Assembly (NCBI GenBank): GCA_012862495.1
Contig: BLSG01000378.1
Location: 103,866-161,294 of the forward strand
DNA: 57,429 bases
DNA from: Thraustochytrium aureum
Lineage: Eukaryota
Direction: 5' to 3'
Numbering within the stretch: the first letter of the stretch is position 1; each line of letters begins with the position of its first letter. Of the stretch, positions 22,443-34,545 are shown piece by piece. The notes below the pieces were generated by a model. That model was not told the DNA's origin. It ran no database searches and worked only from the letters and a program-made list of their open reading frames with translations. The translations under genes were made by a program, and so were the position numbers.

Positions 22443-25218
22443 ATGGGCGCTGTTGACGCTGCAGCCGAACAGGTCCGGTCGGCCTGGCGCGGACTGGACA
22501 AGGACGCCGAGCGCGGAAGCGGGGACAGCCCGCAGCACGATGGGNNNNNNNNNNNNNNNNNNNNNNNNNNNNNNNNNNNNNNNNNNNNNNNNNNNNNNNN
22601 NNNNNNNNNNNNNNNNNNNNNNNNNNNNNNNNNNNNNNNNNNNNNNNNNNNNNNNNNNNNNNNNNNNNNNNNNNNNNNNNNNNNNNNNNNNNNNNNNNNN
22701 NNNNNNNNNNNNNNNNNNNNNNNNNNNNNNNNNGACTCGGACGACGGCGGCTTGCTGTTGGAGAGCCTGGTTGTAGACGCCGAGAAGGAAGCTGCCGCCA
22801 CGCATGCCACGAATGGGGACGAGACGAGCGCCGAGGATCTGGCCAGCAAGTCGCGCCGCGCGGTGCCCGAGCCTGTCGGCGAGGCTGCGGGCGAAGTAGA
22901 GACGCTGTCAGGGATGCGCGTCAAGAACAGGCTAGTCCAAGAGCGCGATCTTCTGGCAAGTATGGTGGACCGCAAGATGACGAGGCTTCGCGAGCTGGAC
23001 GCCTCGCGGGTCCGCGAGATCGAGGCGAGCCGGGCCGAACGCGACAGGTTCGTCACGGTGGGGGCCATCATTAGCAAAGCGGTCGACAAGGAGACCAGCA
23101 AGGGCGACAAGTTTTCAGTCTGGCGCTTGAGCGACCTCGGCACGCCAGTCGCGACCTCAGTGGTCGTCCTGCTCTTTGGAGCGGCAGCCAAGGAATTCCG
23201 CAAGATCAAGGTTGGCAAACTTGTGCTCCTGTGGGCAGCCCGCCCAAGCACGTCGCGCAACGACGAGGAAGCATTCACGCTGCGCATCAGCGATATTGGT
23301 TCCGTGGTGGTCATCGGCGACGCGGCCGGGTACGCGCTTTGCAAGGGCATGAGCGGGTCGCGGCAGTGCACGCAAGTCATCAACGGCCTGCAGACGGACT
23401 ACTGCCCCGAACACATGCACGAAATGTACAACGCGAAGCGCAGCGAGCGCATGGGCCTCAACAGCACCAACTCGAAGGGTCATAGCGTCGCAGCGACTCT
23501 GGGCAAAAGCAGAAACCTCTCGAGCGGATCGTACGACGTGAAAGCGCTCATGGGGGACGACAACACGATCGTCCCAGCCAAGAGGAGCAACACTGCAGCA
23601 CTCAACAAGCTTGTCTCCAGCAACACTGCAAAGCTGGCCAGACGCCAGGCTGCCCACGCAAGCGGACCGACGCCAAAGGCCCCCGGGCCGCTCGGCTTGG
23701 CAAAGGCAGACTCTGCTATCGGGAGTCTACGGCGGGAGAAGGCCCGCATCGCAAGCTCGAACAAGACAAAGCGCGGCGGCCCGGAGACGACGGTAATCAC
23801 AGAAGACGGCAGAGTGCACGTGCAGACCGCTCCCAGAAAGTGCACAGCAGCCAAAGTCGACCCAGTGAGCGCGCGCTCAAAGCAAATTGTCGACACGATC
23901 GCGCACCATATCGAAAAAAAGCGGCGCGGCTACGGTGAACCGGTCAATCTCGCGCGGTGCGCAGCGCCTGTTCGCGGCTGTGTCCGGGTACAACCTTGAC
24001 TCTAGCGCTCGACGCGAAGAGCACCAAAGGAACGTAGCGATTTCCCGCGGCCTGAACTGGGCCGAGGCGCCAAAAGCCGCAGCTGAGAGCAACCCCTGCG
24101 ACATGCTGGCCAGGGAGAACAGCAAGACCAAGTGGAAGAAGAGCGCCGACAAGCTTCGCGCAGGAGCGTCCCACTTTGGCCCTCCGCCGCCGCCGAGCGC
24201 GGCGCGCCAGCGCGAGCAGATGCAAGAGCGCGAGACCGCCGAGGCTGTGACCGAGGCCGTCGACAAAGTCGGGCGCGCCAAGCTCGCCCTGTCTCGCAAG
24301 AAGGCCGCTGCGGCGGGTGCTCTGATCACCTTTGACGAAGACGTTCTGCTCCGCAACAAGCGCGAGGCGACAGAGGTGCAGCGCCGCGCGCATCAGAAGA
24401 TGCAACGCAGCCTCCTGGCCCCGAAAGGAATCGCCGCCGAGTCGCCCGAGGCGGCGCTCGCCCGAGCCGCCGTCGCGAACAAACTGCGCGAGGCAGCAAA
24501 GGCCCCGGTTTCATCGACCAACAACGCGGCACGCCGGAACAAGGCCCTCGCTAGCGCGGGGAGCCTCCCGTGCACCGGCAGCGCAACGCCCCGGCTCGCC
24601 GCAGAGTTGAACAAAGCGCGGCGCGCGGGCGGCGAGAGCACCAGCGGAAAGCGCAAGCTCGACCTCCTGCTTGCCGGCGCCGCCACTGGCCAAGGCGTTC
24701 GCAAGGGCAGCAGTCGCTCGAGCAGCGCAGACGTGGCAAAAGCCACAGAGCAAGTCTTGTCCCGCGAGAGCAAGTTCGCCAAGCTGTCGCATGTAGAAAA
24801 GGACCGCCAACTCGTGTCTCGGTTCAGGCACCTTGCGGACGCCGAGGAGGCCTCGGACCGCATGGGCCAGGTTACCCAAGTGAAAGTACGAGCTTGGCAA
24901 TGCCTTGAGTGTGAAAGGGCATCCGAAGAGCAGCTTGCGCGCTGCGCAGAGAAAAACCACGACGGCTGCCCGATCAACACCACAAAGTACTTTTTCAAGT
25001 GCAAGAAGGACGGCTGCCGCGAGCGCATCACGACGCTCGGGAAAAAGTTGTGCAGCGCGACGTGTCGCTCGTGCGGTGGCATGCGCTGGGAGCCGTGCAG
25101 CGCGTACGGGGACAGGGCCCGGGGCATTCCTGCTGTGCGCGCTGCAGAGGCGCCGGGCGTCGGCGCTGCGCCAGACGGGGTGGCGACCACCACCTTCAAC
25201 CGGCGAGGCTACTACTAG
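22443..25218 (+). CDS. MCM10: Minichromosome maintenance protein 10
   Basis: OB-fold (FVTVGAIISK..TSKGDKFSVWRLSDL..VLLFG.A), CCCH finger (CKG....QC..VIN....YCPEH) and C-terminal Zn domain (CLEC..C...NH..KYFFKC...C..CRSCG...WE). Frameshift at the A run near 23915. Confidence 0.92.
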
Positions 25219-25392
25219 CTGCGTCATCAGCCACGGCAACCCCTGGGCGTCCTGAGCTCCAAACCTGCCCAACTCTCCCCAGGCCCGCCTGCCAATGGTC
25301 GGGGGTCGATTTGCCAGGCACAACACGGAGGACTCGGCTCACGAGCCGCGATGAATAGAGTTCGAGATAGCAGTGCGTTCCTTCAAGGTTTT

Positions 25393-27594
25393 CTACGTCT
25401 CGTCCTCCGAATCGCTGCGCCCCTTGCCCTCCTCCCCTTCCTCCCCGTGCTCTAGTGGTTGGTCCATGCGCTCCTCCAAGCGCTTGAGTGCGACGATGAG
25501 TTTGCGCTTGTGGCCCAACTTGAGGCCAAACTCGTGGTCAAAGTCGGCCTCTTCAAGGCGAAAGAGGTCGGTGGTGTCCCGCACCCCGAACTGCCCCATC
25601 CAGCCGCGTACTGGGCGAGGTTGATTTGGCTCAGGAACTCCTGAATGGGGATCACAGGCACGAGGACAAACTTGCGCCGCCGGAGGAAGCCAGTCTCCTC
25701 CTGCAAACTACGCACCTGCGAAAGGAGGTACTTGTTCTCCTGTTTAGCCTCAAACACCTGCGAACGGAGCTCGCGCACCTCGTCGCGGCTCACCAGCCCT
25801 CCTCCGGCCGCCTTGGCAAGCGCCACGGCAAAGTTGACACCTTTTCGACGCTTGCGTCGCAGCGACATGAGCTGCACAAACTCTGCAAAGTTGGCCTGAC
25901 CGCTGTTGTCCACGTCGACCTCGCGGNNNNNNNNNNNNNNNNNNNNNNNNNNNNNNNNNNNNNNNNNNNNNNNNNNNNNNNNNNNNNNNNNNNNNNNNNN
26001 NNNNNNNNNNNNNNNNNNNNNNNNNNNNNNNNNNNNNNNNNNNNNNNNNNNNNNNNNNNNNNNNNNNNNNNNNNNNNNNNNNNNNNNNNNNNNNNNNNNN
26101 NNNNNNNNNNNNNNNNNNNNNNNNNNNNNNNNNNNNNGTTGTCCACGTCGACCTCGCGGATGAGCTTGAGCACGCTCTTGTGCGGGAGGTCTTCGTCGCC
26201 GAGGGCGCGCATCGCCTCAGTGAGCTCGTCGACGTCCATCTCGCCGCTCTCGTCCTCGTCAAAGCGGGCGAACTGGTCTTGGAACTCTTCCAGCTCCGCC
26301 TCGGAAAACTCGCGCCGCAACTCGTCGGGGACAAACCAGAGCACCTCGTCGGGGAGCTTCCAGCACTTCACCTTGGTCTCCTTGTTGACGTAATAGGGCC
26401 GCCTCCGCGCCTCGTCAAACTTTTCTTCCCAGGGGCCCATGCGCTCCTTGGAGACAATATTCTGCTTGTGGATACGCTCCAGCCGCGCTCCCTCGCCGAG
26501 GCGGTCCTTAATCGCGCTCGTTATAAGGCCCGCGGCGCCGCGGACCGCAGCCCCGTTGACGAGCTTGCCGACCTGGTCGACAAAGCCGTCTAGCTCCCCG
26601 CGGCGAAACTTCCACATCATCGTCAGGAACTCGTCAAACTCGATCTGCCCGCTTCCGTCGGCGTCCACCTTGCGGATTAGACGCCTCGCCTTTTTGCGGC
26701 TGATGGCGCAGTCCAGCTCCTTCATCAGCTCTCGCAGCTCCTGGTCGTCGATGCGGCCCGATTCGTCCTGGTCGACCTCGCTGAACCGAAGCCGCAGCTT
26801 GGTGATCTCTTTGGCCTGGAAGCGCTCCCTGTTTAGATCGCTCACTTTATAGACGTTGTCTGCGGGCCGCGTCCAGGTTCGCTGCTTGGTCTCGGGGTTG
26901 TAGTAGTATGTCTTCCCGTTTGTCGCATCGAATTGCTCTGTCCAGGGCTCGGGCAAGGGCTGAAACGGGATGGTCGTGCTTGACCGCAAACTTTCCTTGC
27001 TGCTCCGACCGTTTTATCCCGCGCGCGCACTGCAAACTGGTAGCTTCGTCCATTCGTGAGCCCTTCCACCGTGACCGACGTCGCTGGAAAGCTCACCTCG
27101 AGGCGCTCGTGCTGGCCCTTCTCCACCCACTCGTCGCCATCAAGCCGGTATCTGTACACCACGTATGTGGTCGTCTTGGAGAACAGCTCATCCCCATCGT
27201 CTTTCGCGGTCAGCGCCTCGTCCGTCCACCACAGCGAGGCTTTGCTGTCTCCGGCGCGTGCTCTGCACGGTCCAGGACGTCGTGGCAAAATCCTCCCGCC
27301 ATTTTCCTCGCCACCCGGTAGCCCCTCGGCCAGGTCCTTGGCCGTGGCATGCGAGCTTCGATTCAACGAGGCCTCGCTCTGGATGATCTCCTCCCTCGTC
27401 ATCGGTGTCCATGCGCGCGAGCACACGTGGTGCAAAGCGTTGGTCAACTCGCCCAACGACAACCGACCTCGTCCGACAACCTCGCGCTTCACGCGCACGC
27501 ACAGCAATGCGTACAGGTGGTTGGAAAGGCCCGCGACGACGCCGCGCGTCTGCTTTGTGCCATTCGATGCTGGCTGCTGCTGTGTCCGGGGCAT
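25393..27594 (-). CDS. Multidomain protein: FN3, WW, EF-hand pair, WW, EF-hand pair, coiled coil, SAM
   Basis: FN3 (TSVTVEGLTNGRSYQFAVRA); WW (LPEPWTEQFD..GKTYYYNPETKQRTWTRP); EF loops DQDESGRIDDQE, DADGSGQIEFDE, DEDESGEMDVDE, DVDNSGQANFAE; SAM (IQEFLSQINLAQY..DL..L...D....GLKLGHKRKLI). Shifts near 27000 and 25600; start uncertain. Confidence 0.8.
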
Positions 27595-28134
27595 GCATCG
27601 TGAAGGGGGCGAGAGGTTGGCGAGATACTTATCCGTTGCGCTAATTGTANNNNNNNNNNNNNNNNNNNNNNNNNNNNNNNNNNNNNNNNNNNNNNNNNNN
27701 NNNNNNNNNNNNNNNNNNNNNNNNNNNNNNNNNNNNNNNNNNNNNNNNNNNNNNNNNNNNNNNNNNNNNNNNNNNNNNNNNNNNNNNNNNNNNNNNNNNN
27801 NNNNNNNNNNNNNNNNNNNNNNNNNNNNNNNNNNNNNNNNNNNNNNNNNNNNNNNNNNNNNNNNNNNNNNNNNNNNNNNNNNNNNNNNNNNNNNNNNNNN
27901 NNNNNNNNNNNNNNNNNNNNNNNNNNNNNNNNNNNNNNNNNNNNNNNNNNNNNNNNNNNNNNNNNNNNNNNNNNNNNNNNNNNNNNNNNNNNNNNNNNNN
28001 NNNNNNNNNNNNNNNNNNNNNNNNNNNNNNNNNNNNNNNNNNNNNNNNNNNNNNNNNGTGATGCTTCGGCGAACGCAAGCGAATTAGCGAGGCCCCGTGC
28101 GGGCCCTGCGATCGCAAGTCCATGGCAAACTTAC

Positions 28135-29118
28135 ACGCTGAATCTCCTCGATCGTGCGGCGGTCCCGCTTCTCTGTCCCAACCGCGAGCAGTTCGTCGGT
28201 TGAGACGACGGGCGGCGCGTCCTCCGCTGCGGGCTTGGGTCGGCGGGGCTGGTGCGCCGCCTCGCCTTGTGCGCCCGAGGATTCCTTCGCCTTGCGCAGC
28301 ATGACCTCGTCCGGGTGAAAGCCAGGCTTGTACACAACAACACAGGTGTTTTTGGTCATTTCCTCAAACTCGGATTGGGTCGAAAGCCCGTCGTCGTCAG
28401 CGCACTCGTGGATAATATAGCGCTTCTCCTTTGTGCAAGGGGGAAAGCGGTGAAATGTGCGCGCGCTGTCCTCCATGAGGTCTCGGATAGTTCTCCGGAC
28501 CGATTCTTCAAACTCGTCCAACTCGGCCTTTTCACGCTCGCGCGAGCTCATCGGCTTGCGCTTCGTGGATGCGGCCGTTGCCGGAGGCCGCCGGGTCGTA
28601 GCGCCAGACATGGCGCCTGCAGCTCGCTTGAGGCCAATGACCGAGGAGGCCTTCTGGTCGACCATTTCAGCGACCTGGGGGGCTGGAGCTTGGGGCGCGC
28701 GGGCCGCTTCTTCTCCCACTCCTGCGGCCGCTCACGACGGTTGTCGTTAGAGCTCGTCCGTTTCACAAGGCCGAGAAGCTGGTGGCGTAGACTGCGCCCA
28801 TGGGTGGACGACGACTTACCTGGACCTCTGACACGCTCCACAGCGACGTGTTGGTCTCCTTGTGAAAATAAACGGCCTGTTCTGCGACCTGCTGAATGCC
28901 TTGGACCACCCTTGCGGCAACGGCAACGCGCCAGATTGCTCGGGTCCACGCTGCCCGACGTGCTTTGTCGCGTGTTCGCCAGCCGATGACTCTTGCTGCT
29001 GGTGCTGGAACCGCTGTTGCTGTTGCTGTTGCTTCTGCTGTTGTTGCTGCTGCACCCCAGGCTCGCCATCAAAGCCGGAGGAAGCCCGCAGCCCCGACTT
29101 GTACGCCTGCTTGCTCAT
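28135..29118 (-). CDS. SPAG7-like R3H-domain protein with N-terminal polyQ and WW domain; spliced, last exon probably in gap
   Basis: WW LPQGWSKAFSRSQNRPF(Y)FHKETNTSLW; R3H FPPCTKEKRYIIHECADDDGL..S..VVVYK; SPAG7-type tail KRDRRTIEEIQ. GTAAGT donors at 28819 and 28134. Confidence 0.75.
28722..28819 (-). other. Spliceosomal intron, 98 bp
   Basis: CAG|GTAAGT donor, CTAAC branch point near 28748, CCGCAG| acceptor. Confidence 0.8.
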
Positions 29119-30139
29119 GCCCCAGCTGCGCGGCCCGCGCCAGCGACCGCCGGCGAGGGATTCGTGGGTGCGCTGCAAAGTGTGGATGGACAACGTCCCG
29201 ACCAACCTCTCCGCGGCCCGACCAGCCTCCTCCAAAGTCCAACGCGGGGATCGCCTGCGCGGCCTCCCGTGAACCGATGCTCCAGCTGCTGCCGCTGCCC
29301 TCGGGGTCGCAGCTGCTGCAGGCGCTGGGGAGCGCGAGGGAGCGGTGGGCAGGTCTGTCGAGTCCACCCTGCTCAATGCCGTGATCAGATCCCGATCCCG
29401 CAGGGCAACGCGCAGCAGAGCAAGGAAACTCAGCGGCGCCGCACAGCAGGTGGGCGNNNNNNNNNNNNNNNNNNNNNNNNNNNNNNNNNNNNNNNNNNNN
29501 NNNNNNNNNNNNNNNNNNNNNNNNNNNNNNNNNNNNNNNNNNNNNNNNNNNNNNNNNNNNNNNNNNNNNNNNNNNNNNNNNNNNNNNNNNNNNNNNNNNN
29601 NNNNNNNNNNNNNNNNNNNNNNNNNNNNNNNNNNNNNNNNNNNNNNNNNNNNNNNNNNNNNNNNNNNNNNNNNNNNNNNNNNNNNNNNNNNNNNNNNNNN
29701 NNNNNNNNNNNNNNNNNNNNNNNNNNNNNNNNNNNNNNNNNNNNNNNNNNNNNNNNNNNNNNNNNNNNNNNNNNNNNNNNNNNNNNNNNNNNNNNNNNNN
29801 NNNNNNNNNNNNNNNNNNNNNNNNNNNNNNNNNNNNNNNNNNNNNNNNNNNNNNNNNNNNNNNNNNNNNNNNNNNNNNNNNNNNNNNNNNNNNNNNNNNN
29901 NNNNNNNNNNNNNNNNNNNNNNNNNNNNNNNNNNNNNNNNNNNNNNNNNNNNNNNNNNNNNNNNNNNNNNNNNNNNNNNNNNNNNNNNNNNNNNNNNNNN
30001 NNNNNNNNNNNNNNNNNNNNNNNNNNNNNNNNNNNNNNNNNNNNNNNNNNNNNNNNNNNNNNNNNNNNNNNNNNNNNNNNNNNNNNNNNNNNNNNNNNNN
30101 NNNNNNNNNNNNNNNNNNNNNNNNNNNNNNNNNNNNNNN

Positions 30140-30876
30140 ACCTGGTCGTCAACCTGGGGCAGCGCCACGAGGGCGAGGCAGAAGGCGGGACGCCAGACGC
30201 GCCCCCCTCGCCGTTTGGCTTTCGCCTCGAGTTTCGCTTTGCGAGCAACCCCTTTTTCGAGAACGAGCTGTTGACGCGCGAGTACCGCGTCCCGAACCTG
30301 TACGGCAACCAGTTTCCAATCCTCGAGTCCACCAAGGGCTGCGTTGTGCGGTGGAAGTCGGAGGAGGTCAACCTGTTTTTGCGCGAGGGGTCGCAGACCT
30401 TCTTCCACTTCTTCCAAGCGCCGTGGATGGACGCTGCAAACGCGCAGCTCGGGGACGAGGACTATGCCGGCTTGCACGAACAGGTCGCCATGGACTTTCG
30501 CGTCGGGTACGAGATCTACCAAAAGATTGTTCCGGAAGCAGTGCGATGGTACACGGGGGAAGCCTCCTTTGACGACGAGAACATGCACAGCGACAGCGAG
30601 AGCGGCAGCGAGGACCGCCACCACGACGACCCCAGCCGGGAATCCGGCTCGGCAGGCGGCGAGGACGACGAGGGGAGTGGCAGCGAAGCGGATGATGACC
30701 TCAACGAGAGCGGGCTCTCTTCGCCGAAGCACGCGCAGGGCGGAGGGGGCGGAGCTGGCGGCTCGTCGCGTGGCGGGTCCTTCCGCGCGGGCGCCAAGCC
30801 GCCGAGTAACCGCCGCGCGTTGGAGGGGGTGGGTGCAGAGGACGGCGGCGCGGAGCAGCAGTGTAACCAGCAGTAA
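30140..30876 (+). CDS. NAP1: Nucleosome assembly protein (NAP1 family), 3' part; 5' part in gap
   Basis: GFRLEFRFASNPFFENELLTREY, GC.V.WK, TFFHFF, DFRVGYEIYQKIVPEAVRWYTGEA, an acidic tail and terminal CNQQ. Confidence 0.9.
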
Positions 30877-31262
30877 TGTCGCAGCTCAGCCAGCGCGCGT
30901 AGGTATCAACATTTTTGAGTGGGTAGCGGCGGCGAGCGGTACTGTTTCGGCTCTCGTGCAGCTTGTTTTCCGACCACTTGCACCTGCTGCCCGCAGCCCA
31001 ACTGCCTGTGCAGCCTGCAGCCGCTCTCAACCTGCGTATTTGCCTTTGGAGCCTGCCTCTGGCCCTGGTTTGCCGGTCGCGCGAGCAGCCGTTTGCAGTC
31101 CGAGTGCCACAAAAAAAACGCGCTGCCTGGCGTTTCGTAGAGCCTCGGCGTTGCGGTGCGAGAGGCGGGAGCGGGCTGCTGCGCTGGCGCGCAGCGCGTC
31201 GAGTGCTCGCGCACTAGCTTTGTTCTCTTTCTGCTCGTTTGGCGCGCCGTGGGTGAGCGAAA

Positions 31263-32450
31263 ATGGCGCCGGAGAAAGAGGCCCATTCCTCGCGCAGCCT
31301 CGGCGCTCCGTGGTCGGCGCTGCTCTGGGCCGTGTTCGGCGCGGTGCTGTACGCAGGCTTGTCCCCGCGAGTGGGCCTGTGGCTCGTCCCGCCCGCTGCC
31401 ACCGGCGGCGCGGCGACTCGGCAAGACGTTTGGGGTGCAAATAGTGATGCCGGCGAACACCAAGCCGGCGCTGCTGCGGGCCTTGGCGAAGGGCAAACGA
31501 ACGCGCGGCCTCTGATTGGCATCCTGACTGTCCCGGTGGAGGCCGACAGCAGCTGCGTCTCGCGTCGGCGCAGGCAGCTGCGCTCGGACGAGCCCCCGCC
31601 CACCTCGTGCGTCTCTGCGCTCTATGTCAAGTGGATCGAGAGCATGGGCGGCAGGGTCGTGCCGATTCGCTACGACCTTCCGCTGGGTGAAATCGATCGC
31701 CTTGTTGATTCCGTGAACGGCGTGCTCTTCAGCGGGGGCGACGTTCGAATCCAGGACGTCGCGCAAGAGTACATGATCGCTGCTCGGCACATCCTTGGCC
31801 TCGTCGCGCGCGCCAACGCGCAGGGCACCTACCTGCCATTGTGGGGCACCTGCATGGGCCTGCAGACGCTCTCCGTGCTCGTCGGTGGGCCTGCAGTGCT
31901 AGAGTATCACATTTTTCAAGGCGTCGACCCGGCCATGCTGCCGCTCGAGTTGACGGAGAGCGCAACGGATTCGCGCCTGTTCGGCGCTGCCCCGGCCCAG
32001 GTGCTTCGGTGGCTGGCGACAGAAAAGGTGACAACAAACTACCATCACGACGGCGTCGCGCCGGCGGCCTTTTCCGAGAACCAAAACTTGGAAGCCATGT
32101 TTAGCGTTTTGGCAACAAACCACGACCAGGACGGGCGGCCGTTCGCCAGTGTGATCGAAGGCAAGTCGGTGCCGATTTGGGGCGTCCAGTTTCACCCTGA
32201 GCGGCCGCAGTTTGAGTTTAACGAGGGCGCCGACCCGGTTAACCACAGCCGCGAGGCGGTGCTCTCGAACGCTTGGCTCGCGTCGTTTTTCGTGGACCAG
32301 GCTCGCCGCAACCTCCGCAAATTTCCCAACTCGGCACTGGAGGATGCAAGCCTCGTCTACAACTTTCGACCGGAAGGCAGCGGGGCTCGCCAGACGTACT
32401 TTTTCAGGGCCCCAGTCTTGGAGTCGTCCGACGCAGCGAGTCGCTTGTGA
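31263..32450 (+). CDS. GGH: Gamma-glutamyl hydrolase (peptidase C26)
   Basis: RPLIGIL, YVKWIESMGGRVVPI, NGVLFSGG, catalytic WGTCMG and QFHPE; hydrophobic N-terminal signal or anchor. Confidence 0.93.
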   Translation: MAPEKEAHSSRSLGAPWSALLWAVFGAVLYAGLSPRVGLWLVPPAATGGAATRQDVWGANSDAGEHQAGAAAGLGEGQTNARPLIGILTVPVEADSSCVSRRRRQLRSDEPPPTSCVSALYVKWIESMGGRVVPIRYDLPLGEIDRLVDSVNGVLFSGGDVRIQDVAQEYMIAARHILGLVARANAQGTYLPLWGTCMGLQTLSVLVGGPAVLEYHIFQGVDPAMLPLELTESATDSRLFGAAPAQVLRWLATEKVTTNYHHDGVAPAAFSENQNLEAMFSVLATNHDQDGRPFASVIEGKSVPIWGVQFHPERPQFEFNEGADPVNHSREAVLSNAWLASFFVDQARRNLRKFPNSALEDASLVYNFRPEGSGARQTYFFRAPVLESSDAASRL

Positions 32451-33002
32451 GACAACCCTCGACGACGGCGCCCGCGCTAGAGTTGGAGACCAGCCTCAGG
32501 GCTGGAAAGAGTGATTTCAACGTCCATTCTTCTTGATGTACTCCATTTGGTTGGTTGTTGCACTACGCGACGCTAAAGCGGAGTGCGACNNNNNNNNNNN
32601 NNNNNNNNNNNNNNNNNNNNNNNNNNNNNNNNNNNNNNNNNNNNNNNNNNNNNNNNNNNNNNNNNNNNNNNNNNNNNNNNNNNNNNNNNNNNNNNNNNNN
32701 NNNNNNNNNNNNNNNNNNNNNNNNNNNNNNNNNNNNNNNNNNNNNNNNNNNNNNNNNNNNNNNNNNNNNNNNNNNNNNNNNNNNNNNNNNNNNNNNNNNN
32801 NNNNNNNNNNNNNNNNNNNNNNNNNNNNNNNNNNNNNNNNNNNNNNNNNNNNNNNNNNNNNNNNNNNNNNNNNNNNNNNNNNNNNNNNNNNNNNNNNNNN
32901 NNNNNNNNNNNNNNNNNNNNNNNNNNNNNNNNNNNNNNNNNNNNNNNNNNNNNNNNNNNNNNNNNNNNNNNNAAGTGTTTTTTTGTATGTTGCAATGTCG
33001 CT

Positions 33003-34545
33003 CTACGACCGAGGGAGCTCTGCGAGGCGGCAAAGTACCTCGAGCCGGATGCTCGGAGAGTGGAAAAACGAGCCACACCGGGCAAACCCCCAGCGCTGGG
33101 CGACCCAGTCTATGTCTTCGCGGTCTACCTTTTCGGTGGTGAAGACAAGGTGGGATGGAAGCGCATCTTCTTGAAACCTTTCCTCCAGAAAGGGTCGCGG
33201 CGACGCAAAGAAGCGGTCCTCCTCCTCGACTCCATAGAGCGCGCTGCTGCTCATTGAAGGGATCTCACGCAGCGCGGCCACGTTGGGCGAACAGTCAAGA
33301 AATCGCAGGCGGCTCACGGACGTCGCGTGGAGGTGGCTGGTGAACGGCGTTGCGTGGCATCGGGTGTAAAAGTCCACGAAGGTGGCGTTGGCAGCCGGCG
33401 CTGCCAAAAAGTCAACAACGTCCAGAGGGGCGCGCTGGTGAACGAGGCCAAGGTAGGCCGCCACACCAGCGTTGGCGACGCAGGAGATGCCGACCAGCGC
33501 GGGAAGCCGCCGCTGGACCCACTGGCCCGCTGCCCCAGACTCTGCTTGGGCGAGCCCGAATCCCGCGAGAACGCTCGCTGCAGGAAGCAGCGGGAGGGCA
33601 AAGCGAAGCTCCTTATGGGCGCTGATGCTCAGGGCGAGCGCGCCCCAGAGCACAAATTCGGCCAGCACACGAGCGCGCTTGCCCGAGCGCGCGGCGGTCC
33701 AGCACCCAAGTGCGAAGGGCGCCAGCCATGTGCCGAGCACTGCAGGCATGCATTCTGTAAAGTACCAAAACAGGCTGTGGACGCCGTACTCGGCGCTGAC
33801 GCGCTCGAGCAGGTTGACGCGAACAAAGTTGAGAGGAACGAAAGGTCCACTCCCCGTAGCCCACGCGGTCAATGGCTGACATGAGGAGAGCACAGGCGGC
33901 GCCGATCGGCGCCACCTCCAGCGCAACAAGTCGCCACACCTCAGCCCACGAGTCCAGCGCAGCCATGTGGCGCACACCGAGGTAGACCCAAAACAGGGCT
34001 GCAGAGGGCCGCACGAGGACCGACAGCGCAGCCAGCATGAGCGCGGCGCGGCGCGAGCCTAGGCGTGGGCCCAACGGCCACAGGCAGAGCCCTGCGGCCG
34101 TCAGGACGCACTCGAGACTGTTCGAGTAGGTCCGGGGGGCCGTGTAAGCGTAAAACCAGTTGGCAAGGTTGGCTAGAAGAGCCCACCGCCCGCCGCGGTC
34201 CCCAAGCAGGTCTGTCCCAAGCCGCAGTACGCACCAGTCCCCCAGCCCAGCCAGCGCCCCAGCGAGCACCCTCGGTCCGTACGCGACGGCCCACCTCGAG
34301 TCCAGCCCGGCCGCGCCGAGCAGCGCATAGAGCCCAGCAAACATCGCAGGATGCGCAAACCCGCGTATCCGGACCCCCGGCTGCCACTCCCAGGTCAAGT
34401 GTCCGCTCCCGAACGCGATCAGGTGCGCCACCTCCAAGCACTGCCAGTACTCATCGGGGTCAAAGTACGTCTGCAGCAGCAGCGCATTCGCGACGCGAAC
34501 CGCGACGAGCGCCGCGAGCGCTGGCCAGCCGTGCGACATGGCCAT
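33003..34545 (-). CDS. PIGB: GPI mannosyltransferase 3 (PIG-B/GPI10, GT22)
   Basis: QTYFDPDEYWQCLEVAH..FG.G.LTWEW...IR, RTYSNSLE, YGVHSLFWYF, HKELRF, CHATPF.SHLH. Frameshift near 33840. Confidence 0.93.
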
